Notes under the pieces: generated by a model | What the model saw: the letters and a program-made list of their open reading frames with translations, nothing else | The model's database searches: none | Told to the model about the DNA's origin: nothing | Source of the DNA: an uncultured Chloroflexia bacterium | GTDB taxonomy: Bacteria; Chloroflexota; Limnocylindria; QHBO01 | Length of the DNA stretch: 64,000 bases | NCBI GenBank assembly: GCA_963825525.1 | Contig: CAWGTN010000002.1 | Coordinates: 256,001 to 320,000 of the forward strand | Reading direction: 5' to 3' | Shown: positions 31,601 to 41,828 of the stretch, in pieces | How the letters are laid out: each line of letters begins with the position of its first letter | Position numbering within the stretch: position 1 is the stretch's first letter | Program-made: the position numbers and the translations under genes

Positions 31601-34600
31601 CGATATCGCGATCTTCGACCAGGCCGAGGGTGTCATGCACTTCCCGTTCGGCATCGAGCGAGGCGTGCGGATACCGGACCATCCCATCCCGGTCATGGGG
31701 TTCCGCAAGCACGTGCTCGAGACCCGCGAGCCGCTGCTGGTCAGCCATGACATCGAAGGTCGCGCCACTGAGCTCGGCCAGCCGGCCCAGCTCCTCGGCG
31801 AGCCGGCTCGGTCGGCGATCTTCGCCCCGATCGGCCTCGGCGACGAGATTCTGGGCACCATCTCCCTCCAGAACCTCGACCGTGAATACGCGTTCGACGA
31901 GCGGGACGTCTCGCTGGTCACGACCATCGCCGCGAGCCTGAGCGTCGCCCTGCGGACCGGGCGACTGCTCGACGAGACGCGGCGCCGGGTCGGCGAGCTC
32001 GGGACCATCAACGACATCGGGGAGGCGATCACGGCGCAGATGGAGGTCGGCCCGCTTCTCGCCGTGGTCGGCGAGCGAGCCCGCGAGGCGTTCGAGGCCG
32101 ATATCGCCTTCGTGGCGCTCCTCGATGAAGAGGCGCGCCGCATCGATTTCCCGTACTACGTCGAACAGGGTACGACCCAGGAGCAGGAGCCCCTGGCACT
32201 CGGAGAGGGGCTGACGTCGCGCGTCATCGAGCGCCGCGAGACGCTGTTGCTCAACAATGAGGCGGACTGGGCAGCGCTCGGCCAGCGCGGGACGGGGACG
32301 CTTGCGAAATCGTGGCTGGGTGTGCCAATTCTCACGGGTGACCGGGCCATCGGGGTGATCAGCGTGCAGAGCACGACGCACGAGGGTCGCTTCACCGATT
32401 CAGATGCTCGGCTGCTCGCCACGATTGCGGCCAACGTGGGCGTGGCGGTGCAGAACGCGCGGCTGTACGCTGAGACGCGCCGACGGGCCGAGGAGATGGC
32501 CGCTCTCGCCGACGTGGGCCGAGAGATGTCAGCCACGCTCGAGCTGTCAGTCGTGCTTGAGCTGATCGCAAACCGAGCGCAGACACTGCTCGACGCGGAC
32601 ACGAGCGCGCTCTACCTCCCTCGCGAGGACGGTGAGACGCTCGAGGGCGTCATTGCCGTCGGCGCGATCGCAGACGAAGTCAGAGCCGATCCGGTGACGC
32701 GCGGCAAGGGCATCATCGGAACCGTTGCCCTCACCGGCGACGCGGAAGTCGTGAACAGCACGTCGCTCGACGATCGCACCGAGCACATTGCCGGAACCGG
32801 CGACGAGGACGGACGGCTGATGGCCGCACCCCTCATCGTGCAGGGGGAGGTGGTCGGCGTGCTCGCGGTCTGGCGCGACACGGTTCAGCATGCCTTCACC
32901 GGCGCCGACCTCAACTTCCTGACCGGCCTCTCCCAGCAGGCAGCCATCGCGCTGCAGAATGCCCGCCTGTTCACGGATGCGACCGAGTCGAAGTCCATCG
33001 CCGAACAGGCGAATGAGGCGAAGAGCAGCTTCCTGGCTGCCATGAGCCATGAGATCCGCACGCCGCTCAACGCGGTGATCGGCATGAGCGGGCTGCTGCT
33101 CGACACGCAGCTCGATGACGAGCAGCGCGACTTCGCGGAGACCATCCGGACTTCCGGTGACGCCCTGCTGACGATCATCAACGATGTGCTCGACTTCTCG
33201 AAGATCGAGGCCGGTCGCGTCGAGCTGGAGAGCACGCCCTTCGTCCTCCGCGACGCCATCGAGGCGTCGCTCGATATCCTGGCGCCGGCCGCGGCAGCCA
33301 AGGGCCTCGAGCTCATCTACGCCGTCGACGACGATCTGCCGGCCAACCTCGTCGGCGACGCAGGTCGATTGCGGCAGGTGATCCTCAACCTGCTCTCCAA
33401 CTCGCTGAAGTTCACTGAACGCGGCGAGGTCGTGGTGAGCGTGAGCGGAACCGTCGAGGCCACCCACGGACGGCGTCGGCAGGACCGATGCGAGCTTCGG
33501 GTCGACGTGCGTGACACCGGCATCGGCATCCCCGCTGACAAGATCGGCAAGCTGTTCCAGTCGTTCACCCAGGTCGACGCCTCGATCGCCCGCCGCTACG
33601 GCGGGACCGGCCTCGGCCTCGCGATCAGCCGCCGTCTCGCCGAGCTGATGGACGGCTCGTTGACGGCGGAGAGCAGCGGCGTGGCGGGGGAGGGGAGTGC
33701 GTTTCACCTCGTCGTCAGCATGCCGGTCGCATCAGACGATGCTGTGGCGGCCAGTCGCCCGACCAGGATTGACGCCGACCTCAGCGGCCGATCGGTCCTC
33801 ATCGTCGACGACAACGCGACGAATCGGCGAATCCTGGTGGCGCAGACGGCCCGATGGGGGATGGTTCCCCGCGAGACCGGCGATCCGACCGCCGCGCTCG
33901 AGTGGATCCGCGGCGGGGATCACTTCGACATCGCACTGTTCGACCTCCTCATGCCCGAGCTCGACGGGCTTGAGCTCGCGGAGGAGATCAATCGGGTCGA
34001 CGACAACGGTGCCACCCACATGCCGGTTGTGATTCTCTCGTCAATCGGCGTTCGCGACCGCGACAGCACCGCGATCGCGGCCTGGCTCGCAAAGCCTGTC
34101 AAGCCATCGGCCCTGCATGACACGGTCGCCACCATCCTGCTTGGCGCATCTGTCGAAGTACCGGCCAGAGCTCGGGCGGAGGTCGATGGCACGCCCCTGG
34201 GTGAACGGCACCCACTGCGCATTCTTCTCGCCGAGGACAACCCGGTGAACCAGAAGCTGGCGACACGCTTGCTGAAACAGTTCAGCTACGTGGCCGATCT
34301 GGCCGAGGATGGCATCCAGGCCGTGGACGCGGTGCGAAGCCAGGCCTTCGACGTGGTGCTCATGGACGTCCAGATGCCGGAGCTCGACGGGCTGGGTGCG
34401 ACGCGGCGCATCAGGGCGGAGATGCCGGACCGAGACGTCTGGATCATCGCCATGACGGCGAACGCCATGGCCGGCGACCGTGAGGCCTGCCTTGCTGCCG
34501 GCATGAATGACTACATCAGCAAGCCGATCCGACCGGCGGAGCTAGAGGCAGCCCTGGCGCGCGCTCCAACGTCGCCCGAAGCAACGAAGGGACACAGCCG

Positions 34601-34604
34601 ATGA
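28698..34604 (+). CDS. Soluble hybrid histidine kinase: 8 GAF domains, HisKA, HATPase, two receiver domains
   Basis: Repeated [11 protein letters not shown] ends, [43 protein letters not shown]; exact start uncertain. Confidence 0.93.
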   Translation: MAAARAPHRARDLQEGRSIAATGKKFPSESVGDDIAAARRRIDELEAQLVETESGERIQAALFRIAETASAAQDMPSFYAAIHGIVRELMYADNFYIALYDDRRDLINFAFYRDEVDLDVPDPNLWEPLGSGEAAGLTAYLLRTAKPMLLDRAEYQQIVARGEAEMVGVVGVDWMGVPLTSDGRTIGAVVTQSYRDEIRHTPRDLELLTFVVQHIGTALTRARAIEETRQRNAELAIVNEVGQALAKQLDFDGILEAVGARTAQALNVDGLSIAIHDREADVTRFLYWIDGGERRRDMEGKVLGDPLTAEILRSGRPLRIKSAAEAVEIGMPFKVEGTESYLGAPIPAAVRPIGVIAMGTREPNAYTEADERLLTTFATAMGQALENARLFEETKRLLAETDERAAELAIINSVQEGLAQNLEMQAMYDLVGDKIRDIFDAEVLDIGIIDAEAGVMRFPYTIERGVRFPDQPTPIGSGAIGAQLLEKREPLLIRDFDAWLQEQSLPAVVQGERPKSALFVPLMGGGNVRGRISLQNLDRTDAFSERDMRLLSTLASSLSVALENARLFDQTKRLLTETDERAAELAIINSVQRGLAENLDMDAMYELVGEKIREIFDAQVLDIGIMEPETDTMHYPYSIERGVRFPDEPSSISASPLAQKIIRDRTPVRIDDVEQWMREHGDMPVLQGEPALSLLVAPLIGGGEVRGRISLQNLDRKAAFTESDERLLWTLASSLSVALENARLFDETKRLLVETDERAAELAIINSVQEGLAQNLEMQAMYELVGDKIREIFDAQVVDIGIIDHDAGLVRYPYTIERGERLPDDPTPIDASPLTSEVIRTRQVIHVNDVRAWEQSMKLTPTVQGEPAKALLIAPLISGGEVRGRISLQNLDRADAFGDGDIRLITTLAASLSVALENARLFDETKRRAGELAIVNSIQRGLASELDIQAMYELVGERASDVFDTHVVDIAIFDQAEGVMHFPFGIERGVRIPDHPIPVMGFRKHVLETREPLLVSHDIEGRATELGQPAQLLGEPARSAIFAPIGLGDEILGTISLQNLDREYAFDERDVSLVTTIAASLSVALRTGRLLDETRRRVGELGTINDIGEAITAQMEVGPLLAVVGERAREAFEADIAFVALLDEEARRIDFPYYVEQGTTQEQEPLALGEGLTSRVIERRETLLLNNEADWAALGQRGTGTLAKSWLGVPILTGDRAIGVISVQSTTHEGRFTDSDARLLATIAANVGVAVQNARLYAETRRRAEEMAALADVGREMSATLELSVVLELIANRAQTLLDADTSALYLPREDGETLEGVIAVGAIADEVRADPVTRGKGIIGTVALTGDAEVVNSTSLDDRTEHIAGTGDEDGRLMAAPLIVQGEVVGVLAVWRDTVQHAFTGADLNFLTGLSQQAAIALQNARLFTDATESKSIAEQANEAKSSFLAAMSHEIRTPLNAVIGMSGLLLDTQLDDEQRDFAETIRTSGDALLTIINDVLDFSKIEAGRVELESTPFVLRDAIEASLDILAPAAAAKGLELIYAVDDDLPANLVGDAGRLRQVILNLLSNSLKFTERGEVVVSVSGTVEATHGRRRQDRCELRVDVRDTGIGIPADKIGKLFQSFTQVDASIARRYGGTGLGLAISRRLAELMDGSLTAESSGVAGEGSAFHLVVSMPVASDDAVAASRPTRIDADLSGRSVLIVDDNATNRRILVAQTARWGMVPRETGDPTAALEWIRGGDHFDIALFDLLMPELDGLELAEEINRVDDNGATHMPVVILSSIGVRDRDSTAIAAWLAKPVKPSALHDTVATILLGASVEVPARARAEVDGTPLGERHPLRILLAEDNPVNQKLATRLLKQFSYVADLAEDGIQAVDAVRSQAFDVVLMDVQMPELDGLGATRRIRAEMPDRDVWIIAMTANAMAGDREACLAAGMNDYISKPIRPAELEAALARAPTSPEATKGHSR
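29850..31460 (+). repeat. Tandem intragenic GAF duplication with 531-bp period
   Basis: CTCGAGAAC anchor recurs at 29850, 30381, 30912 and 31443. Confidence 0.9.
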
Positions 34605-34975
34605 GCGAACCCGGAGCCGCAACCCTCGACACGACCGTGTTGGATGAACTTCTCGCATCGGTGGAGGGGGACCGAAGCTTTGTCGTCGAACTGGTGGAGG
34701 CATATCTCTCGGACAGTGCTGGCCACGTCGATGCCATCGAGGCGGCAGTGGCGGCGGGCGACCCAGACGCGCTCGTCCGGCCCGCACACACCCTCAAGTC
34801 GAGCAGCGCCACACTGGGAGCCTCTCGCCTGGCCGTGACCGCACGTGAGCTCGAGGTGGCCGCGCGCAGCGGATCATTGGCCGGCGGGGCGGATGACGCC
34901 GCGCAGCGCGTGCGCGACGAATGGTCCACGACATCCGATGCGCTTCGCGCATGGGTTGCCGCAGGCGGCGCATGA
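34601..34975 (+). CDS. Stand-alone Hpt phosphotransfer protein
   Basis: [13 protein letters not shown]; ATGA overlap with the kinase stop. Confidence 0.92.
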   Translation: MSEPGAATLDTTVLDELLASVEGDRSFVVELVEAYLSDSAGHVDAIEAAVAAGDPDALVRPAHTLKSSSATLGASRLAVTARELEVAARSGSLAGGADDAAQRVRDEWSTTSDALRAWVAAGGA

Positions 34976-36075
34976 CCGATTCCGGCATCGCGCTCGTCGT
35001 CGACGATAGTCGTGTCAATCGCCTCGTCCTGGCCCGTCAGTTGACCGCGCTCGGCCTGGAGGTCCTCGAGGCCGAGAACGGACGCGAGGCGCTGGACCTG
35101 GTCCGCGCGCACGTCGACGCCATCGATATCGTGCTGCTCGACGTGATCATGCCCGAGCTGGACGGCTACGAGACGCTCGCCGCCATGAAGGCGGACGAGA
35201 CCACCCGCCACCTGCCGGTTCTCATCGTCTCGGGCGTGGAGGAGCTGGAAAGCGTCGTACGGTGCATCGAGCTCGGCGCGACCGACTACCTGACGAAGCC
35301 GATCAACCCCCGCATCCTCCAGGCGCGCCTGAACGCCTCGCTGGCTGCCAAGCGCCTCCGGGACCTCGAGCTCGAGTACCTCGAGAAGCAGCGCATCCTG
35401 ACCGAGACGATCGAGCGACAGAAGACCGAGCTCAGCCGATTCCTGTCACCACAGATTGCCCATCTCATCTCGTCGAGCGACGGTGAGGGCCTGTTAGCCG
35501 GGCACCGGCGCCAGATCACCGTGGCCTTCTGCGACCTCCGCGGCTTCACGACCTTCGCCGAAGGCGCCGATCCCGAAGAGATGCTCGGAGTGCTCGGCGA
35601 ATACCATCGCATGATGGGTGACGCCATCATCGAGTTCGGTGGCACGCTCGAGCACTTTGCCGGGGACGGCGTGATGATCTTCTTCAATGACCCGGTCGAA
35701 CAGGAGGACCACGTCCAGCGCGCCGTGGGCATGGCCATCGCCATGCGGGAACGATTCGCGCCATTGGCCGAACGCTGGCACAAGCGTGGCTACGAGCTCG
35801 GTTTCGGTGTCGGCATTGCCATGGGATACGCGACGCTGGGTCGCATCGGCTTCGAGGGACGCTACGACTATGGCGCCATCGGCAACGTGACCATCCTGGC
35901 GTCGCGCCTCAGCAGCCAGGCTGCAGCCAACCAGATCCTGCTGAGCCAGCGCGCGGCCTCAATGGTCGAAGACCTGGTGGAGGTCGAATCGGTGGGCGAG
36001 ATCGAGATCAAGGGCCTCAGCAGACCGGTGAGTGCGAGCAACGTGCTGGCCGCCCGCAACGTCAATGCAACATAA
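34972..36075 (+). CDS. Response regulator with class III nucleotide cyclase output domain
   Basis: REC (VVDDS, LLDVIMP, KP) then FCDLRGFT, FAGDG, LASRL. Confidence 0.9.
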   Translation: MTDSGIALVVDDSRVNRLVLARQLTALGLEVLEAENGREALDLVRAHVDAIDIVLLDVIMPELDGYETLAAMKADETTRHLPVLIVSGVEELESVVRCIELGATDYLTKPINPRILQARLNASLAAKRLRDLELEYLEKQRILTETIERQKTELSRFLSPQIAHLISSSDGEGLLAGHRRQITVAFCDLRGFTTFAEGADPEEMLGVLGEYHRMMGDAIIEFGGTLEHFAGDGVMIFFNDPVEQEDHVQRAVGMAIAMRERFAPLAERWHKRGYELGFGVGIAMGYATLGRIGFEGRYDYGAIGNVTILASRLSSQAAANQILLSQRAASMVEDLVEVESVGEIEIKGLSRPVSASNVLAARNVNAT

Positions 36076-36173
36076 CATACATTTGCGGAACCTCTGTGGG
36101 CAGCATCCGCACTGAGTAACCGCACGGCACCTCATAGCCACCGGGGTCATGGGACCCACGAGCCGATCGTCCT

Positions 36174-36455
36174 ATGCGCACGCGGCTTCGTCAGCGATAC
36201 GCTCCACGCATGCATCGCACACTCTGGTCAATGGCCATCACCGGGCTCGCGTTCGGTAGCCTCGCCATGGTCGGCGGTACCGCCATCGGCGGCGAGATCG
36301 CGCATCTCGCGGTCGGATACGGACTGCTGGTTGCCCTGGCGGCCCTCTACCTGGTCGCGGGACTCGCGATTCGCGAGCGCGTCTGGCGTCGACTGCCTCG
36401 GACGACGATCGGCCATCCCTCCACCGACCGCATGGCGGGCCGTCGAGTCTTCTAG
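36174..36455 (+). CDS. Small hypothetical membrane protein (2 TM)
   Basis: Two hydrophobic stretches; stop overlaps the convergent gene; start may be 36210. Confidence 0.55.
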   Translation: MRTRLRQRYAPRMHRTLWSMAITGLAFGSLAMVGGTAIGGEIAHLAVGYGLLVALAALYLVAGLAIRERVWRRLPRTTIGHPSTDRMAGRRVF

Positions 36456-37834
36456 CGTTCCGCCCGTCGCTGGCGCAGCGCCTCGAAGCCGATGATGGCA
36501 GCCGAGGTCGCCGCGCCGAGTGCTGGCGCACCTTCGCGCCCATAGCCGATCCGGAGCTGCAGGTCGGCCCGATCGACGAACGAGCGGGTCACCCCGCGCC
36601 GTTCGCCTCCCACCAGCACGAAGAGCCCGCCCCGCAGGTCGGCCTCGGTCAGGTCAATGGCCGTATTGGTCACCACGGCGCAGGCCACGCGCATCCCAAC
36701 CCGCCGGCACACCTCCGCCGCCGCATCGGCTGATGCAGCGTGGGCCGTGGGCAGCAGCTCCGTGGCTCCTGCCGATGCGCGGGTCACGGTGGCGAGCGCC
36801 GTTTCCCAGCTGCGTCGCACGACGAGTCCGTCGACGCCGGCGGCGTACAGGGCCCGCACAGCCTGCGCATAGTTGAACGGGTCCTCGATGCCGTCGAGCA
36901 TGACGACCAGCGACCCCTCCCCCACCTCGGCCAGCAGCGTGCCGACACCCATGTCGGTCCTCGCACCCACCAGGCCGATCACGCCGCCGTGGGTACGTCC
37001 CGAGGCCAGCTCGTCGATGATCTCGGCTGACACCTGCTCGATGATGACGCCGCGTTCGCGCGCCAGCGCCCGCAGGCGGCCGAATCGGCGATCCCCTGGC
37101 AGCGTGGCCCAGATCCGACGCACGCTGCGGACACCAGCCTCGAGACATGCCTCGACCGAGACGTGGCCCTCGACGGCCATCGGCCACAGGTTGACCGGGA
37201 TTGAGCCGCGATCGGTCCCGTATGGAATGAGGTCGCCCTCGCCGAGATACGGCGCATCCTGCCGCGGTGACGGCAGATCGATGGCCCGTCGTCGTTCCTC
37301 CAGCCGAGAGGGATCGGCCACCGGCAGCGGATATTCGACTTCGCCGTCCGGCGCCAGCATCGCGATGGTGCCGAATGCCTGCTGCTCGCCCGCCACGGCC
37401 GCGACGCGGTCGGTCAGGGTGGCGAGGTGGCGCGGATCGGCATCGCCGGTGATCACCGCGTTGGAGAGAAGGGGCAGCCAACTCGCTCGGGTCTCGTTCT
37501 CGCGATCGGCGTGCTGCGCGAGCATCCAGGCGGCGTCGGCGCCATCGGCACCGACCATCCGGAGTCCCGGCCAGGCACCTACTTCCTCGATGAGTTCGGA
37601 GAATCGCGCCACGTTCGCCCCGTTGAGGTCGAGCAGGTCGTCCGCCTCGGCCGGCGCACCATCCCAGTCCGCCAACGCACGGATCAACGGCGTCGTAGGG
37701 CCGGCGGTCAGGCGAGAGAGCTCGGCGTCAAGGGCGGGGTCGTGGGCGCAGCGCTCGTAGAGGGCCTCTGCGGCCCGCAGCTCGCGATCGGTCATCTCGA
37801 TCAGTTCGCGACGGACATCGGCTCGTTGCGGCAT
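36452..37834 (-). CDS. DUF6624-like domain fused to a TrmH/SpoU RNA 2'-O-methyltransferase
   Basis: N-terminal WPGLRMVGADGADAAWMLAQHAD..LTDRV..FGT; C-terminal LDGIEDPFN, SAGA, VGGERRG. Confidence 0.8.
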   Translation of the reverse strand: MPQRADVRRELIEMTDRELRAAEALYERCAHDPALDAELSRLTAGPTTPLIRALADWDGAPAEADDLLDLNGANVARFSELIEEVGAWPGLRMVGADGADAAWMLAQHADRENETRASWLPLLSNAVITGDADPRHLATLTDRVAAVAGEQQAFGTIAMLAPDGEVEYPLPVADPSRLEERRRAIDLPSPRQDAPYLGEGDLIPYGTDRGSIPVNLWPMAVEGHVSVEACLEAGVRSVRRIWATLPGDRRFGRLRALARERGVIIEQVSAEIIDELASGRTHGGVIGLVGARTDMGVGTLLAEVGEGSLVVMLDGIEDPFNYAQAVRALYAAGVDGLVVRRSWETALATVTRASAGATELLPTAHAASADAAAEVCRRVGMRVACAVVTNTAIDLTEADLRGGLFVLVGGERRGVTRSFVDRADLQLRIGYGREGAPALGAATSAAIIGFEALRQRRAER

Positions 37835-37841
37835 CAGACGT

Positions 37842-39141
37842 TCAGCGTGATGCGCTGCTGCGTCGGCGCCCGTTGCGCCCGGCGGCCGTGAGCTCGGCCG
37901 CCACCGATTCCGGAAGGTGGCCGCTGACTCGGACACCGCCCTCCTCGTATCGTTCCTGGACCTCGCCACTCGTCCTCGCGCGCGCCACCAGCTCGCCCCG
38001 TTCGTACGGGACGACGGCGTCCACCGTCACCATCTGGCCGCGCAATGCGTCCGCGATCAGTGCTCGCAGCTCCTCGATGCCGCTTCCGGTCACCGCGCTC
38101 ACGAAGGCAGCCTGCGGGGAGGGCGGCGCGGCACCCGCCTCCGCCGCCAGGAGGTCGATCTTGTTGAACACCGTGATGCGTGGCTTGTCACCGGCGCCCA
38201 GCTCATCCAGCACCGACTGCACAGCCGCCTGCTGGCCGACGAAGTCGGGGTCGGCGGCATCCACCACTTCGAGCAGCAGATCCGCGCGACGGACCTCCTC
38301 GAGCGTGGCGCGGAAGGCATCAACCAGGTCATGCGGGAGCTTGTTGATGAAGCCGACGGTGTCGGTCATGACCACGTGTCGCCCGTTTGGCAGCGAGACC
38401 TGGCGGCTCGTCGGGTCGAGCGTCGGCGAACAGCCGGTCGGCCGCGTAGACATCGGCACCGGCCAGGACATTCAGCAGGGTGCTCTTGCCGGCGTTCGTG
38501 TACCCCACCAGGGCCACCGTCGCGACCTCGTTGCGGTCGCGCTGCCGGGATGCCGTCTTGCGATGACGTTCCACGTTGGCGAGATCGGCCTTGACCTTCT
38601 TGATCTTCTCGCGAATCAGCCGACGGTCCGTCTCCAGCTGGCTCTCGCCGGGTCCGCGCGTCCCGATGCCGCCGCCGGTGCGCGAGAGGTGGGTCCACAT
38701 GCGAGTGAGCCGCGGCAGGTGGTACTCGAGCGCCGCCAGTTCGACCTGGAGACGGCCCTCCTTCGTGCGTGCGTGTCGCGCGAAGATGTCGATGATCAGG
38801 GCCGACCGATCGAGGACCTTGCAGTCGAGCAGCTCCTCGAGTCTCCGCTGCTGGTTCGGGGCCAGTTCGTCATCCACGATGAGCAGGTTGAAATCGAGGA
38901 CCGCCTTCTCGTCGACGAGCTCCGCGGCACGACCCTTCCCGAAGTACCAGACCGGGTCGGGTTTCGGCCGCCGCTGGGAGGCCGAGCCAACGACGGTCGC
39001 CCCCGCTGTTTCGGCGAGGGCTTTGAGTTCGGCGAGCGAGCGCTGCACCGGCCATCGATCGTCCGTGGAGTCGTCGAGGCCGATGAGGAATGCGCGCTCG
39101 ACCGGTGTGGTGAGGTCGGTGATTCGTGCGCGTTCGGACAT
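37842..39141 (-). CDS. hflX: Ribosome-splitting GTPase HflX; apparent +1 frameshift near 38425
   Basis: GTRGPGESQLETDRR, VGYTNAGKST, LFA|TLDPT split across frames, DTVGFI, NKID. Confidence 0.93.
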
Positions 39142-39148
39142 CTGTTCG
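39135..39148. promoter_or_regulatory. Possible LexA box over the hflX start codon
   Basis: CGGACATCTGTTCG, one mismatch from CGAAC-N4-GTTCG; TACCAT -10 (minus strand) at 39153-39158. Confidence 0.45.
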
Positions 39149-39287
39149 CTTCATGGTAGCGGATGAGCACGATCGGCCCCGACGCACGTTCTCGGGCACA
39201 GGGAGTACGAACGTCATGGTGCCCGGAAGCCACGGACCTGCGATAACTCGGTGGGCAAGGCGTCGGGGGCACATCGCAGGAGGCTGA

Positions 39288-40874
39288 ATGAAGGTCGACG
39301 AGCTCGACCTGGTGCACAGCGGCTCGGGCCAGATCAGACTCCTGACCAGGCTGCTGATCGGTGCCATGCTGGCGATCCTCGCCTTTGTGGGCATTCAGCG
39401 AATGGCACTGCTCCTCCTGACCAGCGATGAGCTGATCGCAATGCTCTCCGCGATCGTGGGCGCGGGCATCGTTGCCACCATTGCACTCCGTACCACGATC
39501 TCGCCGTGGCTCGCGACGCATGCCGACCTGCAGGTCCGGTACGAGGCTGCCGTGGCCGATGCCCTCCGGGATCCGTTAACGAGCCTCGGCAACCACCGCG
39601 CCTTCCACGAGGACCTCGAGCGCGAGGTGGCAGCCGCCGTGCGCTACGGCGTGCCGCTGACGCTTGCCGTCATCGACCTGGACGAGTTCAAGGCGATCAA
39701 CGACCACGAAGGTCACGCCGCCGGCGACCGCGTTCTGAACGGGTTCGGTGAGCTCATGCGCAGCTCCCTCCGTCTGGCAGATCGTCCGTTTCGGACCGGC
39801 GGCGACGAGTTCGCCGTTCTCCTTCCCCACACGGACCTCGATGGCGCAAGGGTCGTCATCCGCCGACTGCTCGCGCAGGCACTGCAACCCGCCACCCGCG
39901 GGAGCCTGACCCAACCCGTTTCGTTCTCGGCGGGCATCTCGGCGGTCCCCGATCTCGCCACCAGCGGCTCGCAGCTGTACTCGCAGGCGGACGCCGCCCT
40001 CTACGCTGCCAAGCGTGCCGGGCGCACGGAGATTGCCGCGTTCAGCCCCGGACTGTCGGTCGCGCCGCTCGACTCGACGGCCGCCTCGAGCGAGATTGCC
40101 GAGATCATTGCCGGCGGACATCTCGCCGCCGCTTATCAACCCATCGTGTCGATCGCCACCGGCACCGTGATCGGCGTGGAGGGCCTCATCCGACCGATGC
40201 CACCGTCGCCATTTCCCGACCCGGGGGCACTGTTCGAGGCCGCGGAGGCGGGTGGCAGGCTCACCGCGCTCGACATGGCCTGCATCGAGACGATCGTGGC
40301 CAATGCCGGTGCGCTGCCGCCCGACCAGTTCCTGAGCGTCAACCTGTCGCCGCCGACCGTGGAGGCGCCCGAATTCAACGGTGGTGCCATCCTCGCCATC
40401 CTGGCGAGGTACCAGTTCCCCCCGGAGCGCCTCGTGATCGAGCTCACCGAGCGACATCAGCTGAATGACCTGGACCTGGTTCGCGCCAGGCTCGACGTCT
40501 GTCGACGAGCCGGCATCCGGTTCGCCGCCGACGACATCGGCGCCGGGAATGCCGGCCTGCGGCTCCTGGCCGATATCCGTTTCGACATCCTCAAGGTCGA
40601 CCTCACCGTGGTGCAGCGAAGCGCTTCAAGCGATGGATACAGCGCCGTCATCGGCTCGGTCGTGGATCTCGCGGCACGTACCGGCGCGTTGGTCATCGCC
40701 GAGGGCATCGAGACCACCGATCAGCTCGCACCCCTCCAGGCACTCGGCATCCACACCGGCCAGGGATATCTGCTCGGGCGACCTGGGCCGCTCAACGCCG
40801 AGCGCCCGGTTCCGGAAATTCCGACCATCGGACTCAGCACGTGGCGCCAGTCGATGGGCCTGACGGTCAACTGA
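39288..40874 (+). CDS. Membrane-anchored GGDEF-EAL diguanylate cyclase/phosphodiesterase
   Basis: Two TM helices, RTGGDEF, EGL, DDIGAG, AEGIE, GQGY. Confidence 0.92.
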   Translation: MKVDELDLVHSGSGQIRLLTRLLIGAMLAILAFVGIQRMALLLLTSDELIAMLSAIVGAGIVATIALRTTISPWLATHADLQVRYEAAVADALRDPLTSLGNHRAFHEDLEREVAAAVRYGVPLTLAVIDLDEFKAINDHEGHAAGDRVLNGFGELMRSSLRLADRPFRTGGDEFAVLLPHTDLDGARVVIRRLLAQALQPATRGSLTQPVSFSAGISAVPDLATSGSQLYSQADAALYAAKRAGRTEIAAFSPGLSVAPLDSTAASSEIAEIIAGGHLAAAYQPIVSIATGTVIGVEGLIRPMPPSPFPDPGALFEAAEAGGRLTALDMACIETIVANAGALPPDQFLSVNLSPPTVEAPEFNGGAILAILARYQFPPERLVIELTERHQLNDLDLVRARLDVCRRAGIRFAADDIGAGNAGLRLLADIRFDILKVDLTVVQRSASSDGYSAVIGSVVDLAARTGALVIAEGIETTDQLAPLQALGIHTGQGYLLGRPGPLNAERPVPEIPTIGLSTWRQSMGLTVN

Positions 40875-41790
40875 GCGCGGCTCGGACGAGGCGGTCGGCC
40901 TCGCCCGTTACGTCCGGATCCGCCGCATCACGACTCCCCGCCGGCAGCCACAGCACCTGGCCGTGGTGCCGGAACCAGGTCAGCTGCCGCTTCGCGTACT
41001 GTCGGGTGCGTCGAGCGGTGACGGTGATCGCCTCATCGAGCGACCACTCCCCCGCCAGGTGGCGAACGGACTCACGGTATCCGTGGCCCGTCATCGGATG
41101 CAGGTCGGCACCGAACCCCGCCGCCAGGAGCTGGGCCACCTCGTCGAGGAGGCCGGCGGCGAACAGGCGACTCGCACGCTCGTCGATGCGCCGATACAGC
41201 TCGGCGCGAGGACGGGCCAGTGCCAGGATCGCTGTGCGGCCGGCATAGGGGTGGCTCGTCGGCGCCGGCCTCCCCGAGCCGCCAGCGCGCTCGAGGGCCT
41301 GGAGCACGCGTCGTGGATTGTGCAGGTCAACCCGCCGCGCCCCTTCCGGATCCAGGTGCCCCAGACGGTCCGCCAGCGGTTCGAGCCCGTCCGCGTCCAG
41401 CTCCCCCATCAGTTGCTCGCGGAGTTCCGCCGATCGGGGCAGTGCTGCGTAGTCATGACCATCCAATAGCGCGGAGACGTACAGGCCGGTCCCACCGACG
41501 ACCAGCGGAATCCGTCCTCGAGCGGCGACCTCGCCGATGCGCACCCGAGCCAGCTCGACCCATGACGCAACGCTAAAGGGCTCGTCAGGGTCGACGAGGT
41601 CCAGCATGTGGTGCGGAACCGCGGCGCGAGCGGCGGCGTCGGGCTTGGCTGTTCCGATGTCCATGCCACGGTAGACCTGGCGCGAGTCGGCCACGATGAT
41701 CTCGACGGGCCATGTCCGTGAAAGACCGAGGGCGAGATCAGTCTTCCCCGAGGCGGTCGGACCCACGATCGCGATGAGGGGTGACACCAT
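40867..41790 (-). CDS. miaA: tRNA dimethylallyltransferase
   Basis: GPTASGKT, DSRQVYRGMDIGTAKP, VGGTGLY, YAKRQLTW; start may be GTG 41820. Confidence 0.96.
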   Translation of the reverse strand: MVSPLIAIVGPTASGKTDLALGLSRTWPVEIIVADSRQVYRGMDIGTAKPDAAARAAVPHHMLDLVDPDEPFSVASWVELARVRIGEVAARGRIPLVVGGTGLYVSALLDGHDYAALPRSAELREQLMGELDADGLEPLADRLGHLDPEGARRVDLHNPRRVLQALERAGGSGRPAPTSHPYAGRTAILALARPRAELYRRIDERASRLFAAGLLDEVAQLLAAGFGADLHPMTGHGYRESVRHLAGEWSLDEAITVTARRTRQYAKRQLTWFRHHGQVLWLPAGSRDAADPDVTGEADRLVRAALS

Positions 41791-41828
41791 GTCGCGGTCG
41801 GCGGTCGCAGGCTGGCCCACCGTCCGAG

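Noticed and set aside
34972-36075. Pycsar/CBASS-type defence cyclase
   Set aside because: It has a REC domain, sits in a phosphorelay operon, and has no adjacent cNMP-binding effector.
36076-36173. c-di-GMP riboswitch or ECF promoter after the cyclase gene
   Set aside because: Only a 6-bp stem and a lone GGAACC; not enough support.
38329-38471. Programmed ribosomal frameshift in hflX
   Set aside because: No slippery sequence or stimulatory structure; similar +1 bases in unrelated genes point to consensus error.
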